Of a stretch of 64,000 bases of DNA, positions 38,336 to 49,623 are shown piece after piece. A model generated the notes under the pieces. It was not told where the DNA came from, made no database searches, and saw nothing but the letters and a program-made list of their open reading frames with translations. A program made the position numbers and the translations under genes. Location: NCBI RefSeq assembly GCF_018977255.1, contig NW_024704742.1, forward strand, positions 108,626,001 through 108,690,000. Direction: 5' to 3'. The stretch is from Callorhinchus milii. Lineage: Eukaryota. Numbering within the stretch: position 1 is the stretch's first letter; each line of letters begins with the position of its first letter.

Positions 38336-39138
38336 CTCTCCCCCCCACCACATCGCTCTCTTACACACACACATATATATATATATATGCATAAAATAAA
38401 TCACATTTCGAGGGACGATTCTCTGCAATAAAAGCCTTCCAGTCCTCCCGTGACCGAAGCAAATCCTGTTACTGAAGGATTCCGGCTGTGGGGGAAGTCT
38501 TTGCTGCAAAACCTACTGCTGCTGTGGTTTTCGTCACCGTTATGCACTTGACTTGCAACTCGCTCTCGCTACCAGGAGGGAGCAGCTCAACCCGCCCACA
38601 GCACCAAAAACAAATACCACACACACACACACACACACAAAAAAAGTTATCGCGAATTATCATTCTCGATGGCAGACGCGGGGAGGAGTTTTTTTTAAAA
38701 AAAACAAAAAAAAATATATATATATTTTCAGATCTGGAAGCCGCTCGAGGGCGTATATATATATATATATATATAGTCTCTGCGACACGTTGCCTTCCCC
38801 GAGGATAATGGTGAAGAGGTTGAGAGAGAGAGAGAGAGAGAGAGAGAAAAAAACTGAAGTAAAGTGTCAAAAAGTTTTTTTTTGCTTTTGGTGATAAAGG
38901 TCAATCGGCGACGGGTTAATGGCAGGAAAACTCGTGGGTGGAAACACAGCCATGAGGTGCAGCAAAAACCCCAGACCCTGTTCAGCTCTCCCTCCCTCCC
39001 TCCCTCCTCCTCCTCCCTCTCTCTGCTGTTGGGACATTTCCACCTCCTTTACAAGCCCCGAAATCCCTGCGTTTCCCCCCAAAACCGACCCAACCGCAGA
39101 CCGACCGCACCTCTCGTTCAAAACGCATCCATTTGTAC

Positions 39139-39183
39139 CTTTTTGGGGTCTTTCGTCGGTTTCCCTTTGCTCGGCTGCGACAT
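39139..39183 (-). CDS. CAST: Calpastatin-like gene, first coding exon (MSQPSKGKPTKDPKK)
   Basis: ATG in context caggaccATG inside the CpG-rich region; 15 codons end at AAG|gtacaa (phase 0). MSQP matches the start of mammalian type I calpastatin (MSQPGQKP...), recalled rather than searched. Confidence 0.7.
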
Positions 39184-39439
39184 GGTCCTGGGTCTGTGTC
39201 AACGGGAAATAGTAAAACCCCCGACTTTCTCGGCTCTATTTCCCTTTTTGCGCTCCAATGAGGCACTCCGGAGCTGTGCTGACAGCCCTCCGCCAGCGGC
39301 AACTCCCTGCTTTTCCCGTTCAAACTTGTTTTAATGGGGTTTTTAGGGCGTGTCTCTGAGCCATCGTTTCGGCTCTTTCTTCTCGATTGGGAGCGGTTCT
39401 GTACACCCCAACAGGTCAGACACATACAGCGGCACTCCT

Positions 39440-39740
39440 TACACACTCACTCACTCACTCACACACTCACACAGTTATACACACACTCACTTGCACACTC
39501 ACACACTCACTTTACACACACACACATACGCATATACACACTCACACACACTTACACACACTCACTTATACACACACTCACTTATACACACACTCACACA
39601 CACTTATACATACACACTCACTTATATACTCACTTATAAACACACTCATACACACACTTACTTACACATATTCACTTATATTCACACACTCACTTATACA
39701 CACACACATTCACTTACACACTCACTTATACACACACCAC
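39440..39740. repeat. Complex CA-rich microsatellite (cacactcacttata-like units)
   Basis: Seen directly; produces the spurious His/Thr ORFs. Confidence 0.95.
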
Positions 39741-39915
39741 CATAACGATGATTACACCAACTTTCCAATTCCCCAACACCCACTCCCTGGGTCTGAGGGA
39801 GTGATGTCATTTCTAATCTGAGAGCCTAATTCTCCATAACTCCCATTCCCAGGTGGAACTGCCTACAATTCACAGACATCAGCTGCACTGACCCCGACTC
39901 AAACACTGCCCCTCA

Positions 39916-40074
39916 CTCCATCCCTCCCCCTCTCCCACTCCATCCCTCCCCCCCCCCCCTCCATCCCTCCCCCCCCCTCCATCCCTCCCCCCCCCCTCCA
40001 TCCCTACCCCCCCCCCCTCCATCCCTCCCCCCCCTCCATCCCTACCCCCCCCCACTCCATCCCTACCCCCCCCC
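39916..40074. repeat. C-rich minisatellite, CTCCATCCCT(A/C)Cn, about 8 units
   Basis: Seen directly; long G-runs on the minus strand. Confidence 0.95.
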
Positions 40075-41884
40075 AATGCACACAAACAGCAAATTCCAGC
40101 CCTGTAATGCCAGGGTGTGCAGTCCTCCGCCATATATCTCTATTTCTGTTACCCTTTCCCTCCCTATTTTATGTTGACCTTTACTGACCTGGTTCAGTGC
40201 TAACAATCTCCAGCAGTGTTTGTAAATTACCCGATAGTTTATGAATTTCACAATAATTTACCACCCAATGTTCACGTTTCCTCCACAACTCTACAGCCGC
40301 CACTTGAAGTTTCACAGCAGATGAACTCAGTACTGTGTTTAGACATTGCTCGCCTTATCGTTTTCTGCCTTACAACGATTATAAGAGAGTTTCACACGAA
40401 GAAGGTCCTTTGGCCAATTTTAACATTTAGCCAAATTAAATAAATACCCCTTTAAATTCTGCATCATATTGAGATAGAGCAGTCTGGGACCCATTCCCTG
40501 CTCCAGACAAGAATTGCCAGACATTGCCCAAGAGAGTCTGGCTCTTATTCAAACACACACTCTGGTTGGGAACTCAGTGTCCTGTAACTGTAACTGAACT
40601 GTGTTGAGCCTCTGTGGGAACTGGAGATTTGCTGGTCTCTTCGGTGCCTTCTTTACGGCTTCACCTTGATTTATCTTCCGATCTCCATTCTGTGCTTCTC
40701 CACAAAGAAGCAGCTGAGATTGGGAACTCAGTGGGTGAAATGTAGCCATGAACTCTAGTCCAGATCCTCTCCAGTGACTTGCATGTGTCGTTGGCAAGCT
40801 GTGCTGCCACATGGGCTCAGTCAGATAACTCTTCCTTTATGTACTGTTACACCTATATTTTTCTGGGGGTGGGGTGCTAAACATTGTCATTGTACAATGG
40901 CTGCATTTCTACTCATGAATTCTTAATTATTAGCTTTACCACATCTCATGGATTGTTATTGAGAATTGAACACAAGAATATAAAGTTATTTTTCTCCTTC
41001 AATGTTCTCTTCCTGAATCTAAATGTTCTAGCCAGTACCTCACCCTAGCAGTCAATATTAATGTGTGAGCCTTTATACTGAGCTATTCAACTGCAGGGGT
41101 GGGTGGCATAGCCAATCTTCACCCAATGTCCACACAAATCTCCAACAGGTCTATCTGGATATCAATAAAGAATGGAAACTTTGCTGCTGTCCTCCCTAAC
41201 CCAGGGCACCAAGGCCAATCGTATCACCCTTACTGGTGCTCAGCTAAGATTAGCCAACTCAGCAAAGATTTGAACCTGAAATTATATGGTCTAATGCTCA
41301 CTGGGGGATGCCTTTATCCACTGGGCCATTGGAGGAGCCACAACAAAAACTGTTTGAGACAACTATAGGTGTGAATGAGTCATCCAAACATGCACTTCAG
41401 AGAAAATATGGTTAAGCTTTATTTTTTCAAAGAGATTTGGACACATGAAAGCATGTTTCATCCTGTACACTTAGATTTGCCCTGTTCACGTAACTGTGGT
41501 CAGACAAATTGCCAATACTGTCTCCAAAGATTCTGGAATAAACTGAATAAAACTGTTGCTTGTTTCCATCAGAAGCTGCTTGTCGTTCTGGTGATAGTGA
41601 AAGCTCAATTGTAGCATTCGTCTTTTGGATGAGATGTTAAACCAAGATTCTGTTGGGTGGATGTTAAAGATCCCATGGCATTACCGTATTTTTTTAAAAA
41701 AGGGAGTTTCTCACAGTATCCTGGCTGACAAGTCCCAAAAGGAGTTGTTCATTCACTTCATGGCTATTTTGGAATATTGCCTGGTGCAAGTTGACTCCTA
41801 CTACTGACAACAAATAAACAGTCACTGCATTTCACAACAATTGCCTGTGAAGCACTTTAAGACATTTTGACATTATAAGGCTGT

Positions 41885-42265
41885 ACATGTCGTTTTCAAA
41901 TCCCTTCATGTCCTCGCACCTCCCTATCTATCTGATTTGCTTACCCCTCACTTCACCACTCGCTGCCTCTGCTCAGCTGGCTCCGGCCTCCTGTTCGTCC
42001 CTCACCCCATCCGCTCCACCATCGGTGGCTGTGTTTTCAGCTACTGACTCCCACCGAAGCTCTGGAACTCCCTCCCTCAATCCCTTCGCCTTGCCCCCTC
42101 CCTCCTCACTTTCAAATCCCACCTAAAGACCTTCCTTTCTGATTGTGCTTACGGTCACCACTCCCCTCCCTCTCCCTCTGGCTTGGGGTCAGACTCCATC
42201 AGTAAAAAGTGCTCTGGGACGCTACGCCGTGTGAAGGGCGCTATAGCAATGCAAATTGTTGTTAT
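41885..42265 (+). mobile_element. L2 3' fragment
   Basis: ctctggaactccctccc...aaagaccttcctt motif and (GTT)n tail. Confidence 0.8.
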
Positions 42266-42281
42266 GCATTCAAGGATTATT

Positions 42282-42605
42282 AATAATAATAATAATAATA
42301 ATCCTTGCATTTGATATAGCGCTTTTCACATCAGGAGGACGTCCCAAAGCGCTTCACAGAACACACTGTAAAGTGAATTGACTGTATATTTGTGGGCGAA
42401 CGCGGCAGCCAATTGCGCACAGCAATGTCCCACAAACAGTCGTAGATTGAAAATGACCAATTTATAATTGTTTTTGGTTTTGGAGGGATTATTATTAGGT
42501 ATGTGGAGTAAGGAAACGTGCCCAAGGTTTCGCCCTCTGCCTGGAAATGAACTCAGGTCTCTCACTTGCAAAGCGAGTGCTCTAACCACTGAGCTACAGG
42601 ACTCC
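42282..42605 (-). mobile_element. Young full-length SINE, same subfamily as 38022
   Basis: Near-identical reverse complement of 38022-38335. Confidence 0.92.
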
Positions 42606-42789
42606 ACAGTCCTTGTTGTATTGTCCTTATGGCTCCTGGATCTTGATCTAGTCAACAGGGTGAATGATTGCTGCTTTGCTTGGCCTGTGTCATGACTACC
42701 TAGTTTTTGAATTGATCTTTTACCACTTTTTGTATTTTCCCTTATTCCTTCAATGTTTTTATTTCCCTGGAGCTTAGCCATGTTCTTTT

Positions 42790-43200
42790 TGAATGATTCT
42801 ATTTAATCAACCTTAATGTCCACTTGTGGTAATGAAATCCACACCCTAACAACTTTCTAACTCTTTGAGTCAAGAAATTCCTGCTAACTGCTCTGCAGTT
42901 CGTCTGATAACAATGCTGAGATTATACCCTCCGGTCACTAAAACCCAACTAATTCCCCAACTAAAAGAAATAGTTTTCTCAATTCACATTTTTGTGCTCC
43001 TTCAGAATTTTGAGGACCTCTATCATGTCCCCGTTCTAACACCTCTACTCCAGTACAAGAGTCTCAATTTAACATGTTTTCTCCACGTATGCATGTTGTC
43101 TCATCTAATACAATCACCTGAAGCCATTTCAACAAATCTCCAAGGATCTTGTTCAAACACATTCATCCTGTCCCAACACCCACATTTCAGATGCCCTCAA
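42790..43200 (-). mobile_element. Old CR1 3' ORF fragment
   Basis: Degenerate similarity to 60480-60830. Confidence 0.45.
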
Positions 43201-43959
43201 GACAACTGATAATTTGTGGTCAGACAACTTACTCAACAGATCCATTGAATTAATAATTTGTTCACATAACCAGTTAAGACAATTAATGTCAGGAACAATT
43301 TTCACTGACGATAGTGAGCTTGGAGGAAAATTTAGTTTGACTGTTTCACCCCCACCCCCCCCCAAAATTACTGTTGACAAAAGTTTAAATAAGTGTGTGA
43401 ATGGCACATAGAACATCACAGAGCAGTTCTGATGTAAAGGATTGCCCAAACATTAAATTATTTTTTCTGTCTCTCTGCTGAACAATTTCTCTCTCTATCA
43501 CAGAACAGACTTCATAATTTTCAAGGTGAAATTGTGCAAAGTTTGTAGACCAGCTTGTGCTGATTGTGGGATGAAAGCTTCTAACTTTAAGCAAAGCAGA
43601 GTATCCATGCATGACGAGGTAAGGCCTAAAATGATTTTCTTTTGCCTTTCTGCATTGGTGATGCAGAGCAGAATCAAATCATATCATTGATGACTCATTG
43701 CTTCAGCCGCCAGATGTAAATGTAGAACGTAGCTGTAAAACATGCATGTTACAGGAATCATTTATCAACCAAACTTTAGGCCATTTTGAGATGAGAGCTC
43801 ATGTCTTGAAAGATGACCTACAAGTTCGCCCACAAATATACAGTCAATTCACTTTACAGTGTGTTCTGTGAAGCGCTTTGGGACGTCCTCCCGACGTGAA
43901 AAGCGCTATATCAAATGCAAGGATTATTATTATTATAATGCAGTGCTTGGAAGATGTTT

Positions 43960-44548
43960 TTTACATTTTACATTTTACATTTGTATAGCCTTTCACATCG
44001 GGAAGATGGCCCAAGGCGCTGGACAGTCAGGGATTTGGACCCGAGCTGGGGGTCTGGATTAGGGAGGGTGGAGGGCTGGGAGGGTAGGAAAGTGACTGAA
44101 GGCTCAGTCGAAGAGGAAGGTATTGAGATGCGCCTTGAAGGAGGCAAGGGAGGGAATGAGGCAAAGGGAATGTAAGATGGAGTTCTATAGGGTGGGGGCA
44201 GAAAGGCTAAAGGCCTGACTACTGATGGTGGGACAGGCCAGGCAGGGGATATGGAGCAGGCCAGAGCCTGCTGAGTGGAGGGAGCGGACAAGTTGATATG
44301 GGGTCAGCAGGTCGCAGAGGTAGCGAGGGCAATGCCATGGAGGGTCTTGAATGTGGGGTCGAGGATTTTGAACTCTATCCTCTGGGGAATGGGGAGTCAT
44401 TGGAGCCGGTGGGGGTGATGGGGTCATGGAGCCCTAGTGTGGGAGAGGATATGAGCTGCAGAGTTCTGGATGGTTTGCAGCTTGTGGAGGGAAGAGTTGG
44501 GAAGGCCGATAAGCAGGGCGTTGATGTAGTCAAGCCTAGATGTAATGA
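43960..44548 (-). mobile_element. L2 3' fragment
   Basis: Colinear with 6080-6650. Confidence 0.88.
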
Positions 44549-44865
44549 ATAATAATAATAATTCTTGCATTTGATATAGTGCTTTTCATGTCTTCTAGAC
44601 GTCTCAAAACGCTTCACAGAATATACTGTAAAGTGAATTGACTGTATATTTACGTAACGTGGCAGCTAATTGTGCACAGCAGTATCCCACAACGGTCGTG
44701 GATTGAAGTGACTAATTTTATTATTGTGTTTTTTTTTCTTTCTTGAGGGATTATTATCAGGTGTGTGGAGTAAGGTAACTTGGCCAAGGTTTCACACAAC
44801 CGGGAATTGAACCCAGGTCTCTCACTTGCGAGGCAAGTGCTATAACCACTAAGCTACAGGACGCC
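44549..44865 (-). mobile_element. Full-length SINE, same family
   Basis: Head, core and (ATT)n tail all present. Confidence 0.9.
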
Positions 44866-45002
44866 ACATCCTGCATTGATGAGCGGCCAGTGGTACAAAC
44901 TACAGCAGATTTTGCCCTGGTCTACCTTATTAGTGTACCACAGTTTATTTCCATATTTCCTTTAAGTGGCATGGCTGAAGCTCTCCTGCCCCATGTGAAG
45001 GA

Positions 45003-45885
45003 CACTATGTAAATGCAAGTTGTTGTGGTTGACTAAACTGCTGGTAATGGTGGGATTTTATGAAGCCCAACTACTGTGATAAAATGGTATTCTGCTGCAG
45101 TGTTCCATTTTCTCTGACTGTATCTATACATTTCATGTTAAACGAATAGTTATTACTGGGTTCCACTATTGTGTATAATTTTCAATGACTAAGTAGCAAT
45201 TCACTTTATGTGAAATAAATAGCCTCAGATAGGACTTGTAATAGCTTTGATCCCTTAAAAAATGCATCTTATCATTTGGACATCTTCCTAAAGTAAATAT
45301 CCCTCAAATATCATTGGGGATCATTGATCATGATCATCAATGATCGTTGATCATTCACTTCCTGGCAATCTGTGGCACATTGCTGTGAGCAAATTGGCTG
45401 CCTCATTCGGCTACAGCAGTTGTGGCCAACCTTCATGGTCAGCCAGCAAAATCACATTGAGGCGTTTACGCAATGTGATAAGACTATATCAATTACAAGC
45501 ATTATTATTAATATTTAATATATATCTACTAAAACCTTACCAACCCGTCCACTCCCTCTGCTCGGCAGGCAATGGCACGCTTCATATGACCAGCCCCGCC
45601 TAACCCACCATTGGTGATTGGGTTTTCAGTCTTTCTGCCTTCATCCTCTGGAGCTTAATCCCAAAGTCCCTTCACCTTGCCTCTCACTTGCCTTCTTTGA
45701 GGCCCATCTCAAGACCTTCCTCTTTGACCATGCTATAATTATTTGTTTAACATGAATTGTATAGATACAGTCAGTGAAAATGGAACACTGCAGCAGAATA
45801 CCATTTTATCACAGTAGTTGGCGTTCATAAAATCCCACCATTACCAGCAGTTTAGTCAACCACAACAACTTGCATTTACATAGTG
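45003..45885. repeat. 151-bp inverted duplication (arms 45003-45153 and 45735-45885)
   Basis: Manual alignment of the arms gives about 6 mismatches. Confidence 0.92.
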
Positions 45886-46160
45886 ATATTCTACTGTGGT
45901 AAAATTCTACTCACAGGGTTTATAAAATCCCACATTACAATGGTGCTGGATTACAAGACCAGAGCCAGCTTGGGCAACCACAACAACTTGCATTTATTTA
46001 GTGTCCTTCACGTGAACCTAACACCCCATCATCTTTACCCTCCTCCTCTCTTGATTTCAATCCCAGCTCAGATGCAAACCCTGGACTGTCTAGTGACTTG
46101 GGACATCCTCCCAACGTGAAGGGCGCTATATAAATGTAATTTGTTGTTGCTGTTGTTGTC
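45530..46160 (+). mobile_element. L2 3' fragment split by a templated insertion (45735-46015)
   Basis: L2 sequence stops at tttgaccatgct (about 45734) and resumes near 46020, running to the (GTT)n tail. Confidence 0.75.
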
Positions 46161-47234
46161 TCAGGCAGTGCTCCATTGTACTCGTCTCCTTCAGGCAAGG
46201 AAGGGAAAATATCAACCCAGCTTCCATTCCTGACTGTTAACAGTCCTCAAAATGCTCTACGTGGATGTTTGCTAATAACAACAATGACTTGAGTTTGATG
46301 CCTTGCCTTCCATGAATAACCTGCCAACATTCATTACTGTTTAGACTCTCATATGAAGAATTAAAACTAAACATTTTGCAGTCTGAAACTATACACTGGC
46401 ATAAATCATTACCTTCAGGGAATGTGGGGGAAAATATGGTGGGAGGAAAATTTAAAAAAATGTTCAGAGGGATAATATGAACAGAAGGATCTATTTAGGT
46501 AATATAAAATTAACCTAAAATGTGCTGATTTGATTAGTTTTGATTTTTTACATTTAGATTTGCCTTATAGATATTCAAAAGCAGACGCAGTTTACAGATA
46601 AGTTATTCTCTTACAATGTTGCAATATGTTAAGTGAGTTGAAGATTAATCTCCCAAGACAATGGTTCACCAGATCAGAGACTCACATATAGTCATGACAG
46701 TACTTCCCCAGTCAGTTGAATGGGAGTGCCATGCCTGGTTAATACCATATATTACAACATTTACTGTCTTTCATAAGTGCTTTCAGTCATTTTTATGTGA
46801 AAGGTGCTTTATAAGTTGAAAGTTTGTGCGTTCAAGGCACACATCGAGGTTTTGAGCTCATAGTGTAGCTTGACATTGCAGTGTAGTGTTTGGGTATTGC
46901 TGTATTGTCAGAGGTGCTGTCCTACAAATATACAGTCATTACACTTCACAATAATTTATTTGAGAATTATGTCAGTGCTCTGAGAATTCTTGGCAGCATG
47001 ATGAGGCATTATATCAAATGCAAGGATTACTATTATTATAAAGTGTTGTTAATCCAGTTTCCATTAGTGTTTCTTATTAATGATTCTGTGTTGTATTTAG
47101 ATTGGCTCTTTTTTTTCTTGCTTAAAATAATGTTTTTTTTTGATCCAAGCAGCCAAGTAACTTCTTGGCGATGATCGTTGCCTTGAAAAAACTGTTCTTT
47201 TTATTAAATACTATCTCTCCAACTCTGTTCCATT

Positions 47235-48060
47235 TCCAGAATATCTGTCAGACATCAAGTACTGGATGAGAGCTAACTTTCTATAGTCAACAAGACCGAG
47301 ACTCTCCTGATTCACTCCCGTCAGCGCCTCCACACCTCAGGCACTGACAGTATCACCATCCAATGATGCATACTCTACCTTACTAAGGCAATCCAGAACC
47401 TTGGCGTCTTGTTTGACCCTCAATATCCTTTCTACCCCACATCCATGCCTGTCCTGTTTTGTCTGCCCCCACCTCTGCAACATCGCCTGTCTACGCCACT
47501 GTCTCACACCACAGGCCACCGAGACCGTCATACACGCATTCACAATAATCCAGGCTCAACTACGCAAAATCCCTGCTTGCCGCCTCCCCAACTCCTTCCT
47601 CCATCAGCTGCAAATCATCCAGAATTCTGCAGTTCTGTGTCCTCTCACGCACTAGGTTCCACAACCCTATCCTCGCCCAACTCCACTGGCTTCCTATCAC
47701 ACAGAGGATATAGTTCAAGATCCTAGTCTTCACCTTCAAAGTCCTCCACGGTCTTGCTCCCCCTACCTCTGCGACCTTCAAAACCCCTAGCAAACCTGCA
47801 AGCTCTCTCCACTCAGCGGCCTCCAGCCTGCTTCATGTCCCCCATCTTCCCCACCCCACCATAGGCAGGCGAGCCTTCTGCCACTCTGCCCCTCACCCTC
47901 TGGAACTCCATCCTACATTCCCTTCACCTCGCTCCCTCCCTTGCCTCCCTCCTCTTTGACCATACCTTTGGTCACCCTCCTTCCCCCACTGCTCTCCATG
48001 TGCAGCGCCTTGGGATGTCCTCCCGACGTGAAAGGTGCTAGACAAATGTAAAGATTATTA
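47235..48060 (+). mobile_element. 5'-truncated L2
   Basis: Reverse-complement homology to 6070-6970 (CLSDIKxWMRANF region through the tail). Confidence 0.88.
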
Positions 48061-49024
48061 TTTACTGTTTAGTAAGATGGTGGCAAAATTGCAATGTGTT
48101 TCCTTAGGCTATAATTTCACATGAGAACATTTTAGTAAAACAACTACTCAGGAACTGGGTGGCCTCCCGTGGTCTCACTTATAAACTTTTTCCTTCCTGC
48201 TTTGAAATCAAAACTGATTGCACCGGCTACTTTTCCAACTCCTTTTACAGGACTTCAAGATCATGGGATTAAACTACATCTTAGCTTATCTTGTTTTTCC
48301 TTCTAGTCTTTACAAACATAGTATTGTCCTGAACCTTGGGCCCTGGCCCTTCACCAACAATAATGCTAGAATTTGATATAGCGCCTTATCCCATGGACAA
48401 ACATCTCAAAGCACCGTCCAGGATTTTTGCATTTGCCTACAAAATATACTTTATGAAATGTATTTTGTAGGCAAATGCAGCAGCAATTTGTGCCACAAAC
48501 AGACGTTTTTTCTGGGAGATTGGTGACAGGTATACCAAGAAAAACTCCCTTCTGTTTTCAAATAGGACTATGGGATTTTTAATATCCACCTAAACAGGCA
48601 GACGAACCTCCATTTAATATCTTATCTGATGAACAGCACCTTCAACAATGCAGTACTCCTCCAAAATTGTACTGGAGTGTCAGCCTAGACTGAGATATTC
48701 AAAGCCCCCATGTGGCTTGAATCCACAACTTTCTGATTCAGAAGCAAAAATGTTATCAACTGAGCTAGGCTGACACTTAAGACAATTTTTCAATAAGCAA
48801 AATCTTATAAATGGGTCCCAGTCAACTCATATTTGCCTCATCTCTTGTAAACTGTTCAGTCCCCTTTCCCCATGGAATAAGTGATATATTCATTGGATTT
48901 CCATCTTTACACAGAGAGTAGTTGGAATGTGGAAATCTCTGTCACAAGGAGGAGAGTGGGATTAAACTAGATGGCTCATGTAGAGAAGAACCTGTATAGA
49001 CTTGCCTGTTTCTGCATTGTAATA

Positions 49025-49497
49025 TACAACAACAAATGACATTTGCATAGTGCCTTTCATGTCAGAAAGATGTCCGAAGGCGCTGGGATGTCAAGGAACT
49101 GCACCCGAGCTGGTGGTCAGGATCAGGAGGGGTGGATGACAGGGAGGCTAGAGGTAGGAGGGTGACCGAAGGCACAGTCGAAGAGGAGGATCTTGAGATG
49201 CCTTTAAAGGAGGCAAGGGAGGAGGTGAGGTGGAGGGACTGTGGAATGGAGTTCCAGAGGGTGGGGGCAGAGTGGCTGAAGGCCCGCCTGCCAATTGTGG
49301 GGCAGGCAAGGCAGGGGACGTGAAGCAGACCAGAGCCAGTGGGTTAGGAGGTCACAGAGGTAGAGAGGAGCAAGGCCCAAGGCTTTGAGGGTGAGGACCA
49401 GGATCTTGAACTGTTTCCTCTGTGTGATGGAGAGCCAGTGGAGCCGGGTGAGGATGGGGGCAACAGGGTCGTGGAACCTAGTGCAGCAGAGGACAGT
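49025..49497 (-). mobile_element. L2 3' fragment
   Basis: Colinear with the other L2 3' ends. Confidence 0.85.
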
Positions 49498-49623
49498 GAA
49501 GTAAATGTTGTTCTATATGTTATTAACCAGACATTGGATTCCCATGTCTGGTTAACAACATATATTAATCTTTAACCCATTTAACATATTGTATAGACTT
49601 GCCTGTTTCTGTGCTGTAATATT

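Larger units (their letters stand above)
37800..39430 (-). promoter_or_regulatory. CpG-rich promoter / first-exon region of the minus-strand gene
   Basis: The only extended stretch outside young repeats with dense CpG dinucleotides. It contains the ATG exon, a minus-strand CCAAT at 39386-39390 and a CTCF-like CTACCAGGAGGGAGC near 38569-38583. Confidence 0.7.

Noticed and set aside
37800..39130. Equivalent of the mammalian MAFASWWYKT alternative exon
   Set aside because: No matching minus-strand coding sequence was found by eye.
39334..39821. His/Thr-rich ORFs in three frames
   Set aside because: Artefact of the CA-rich microsatellite.
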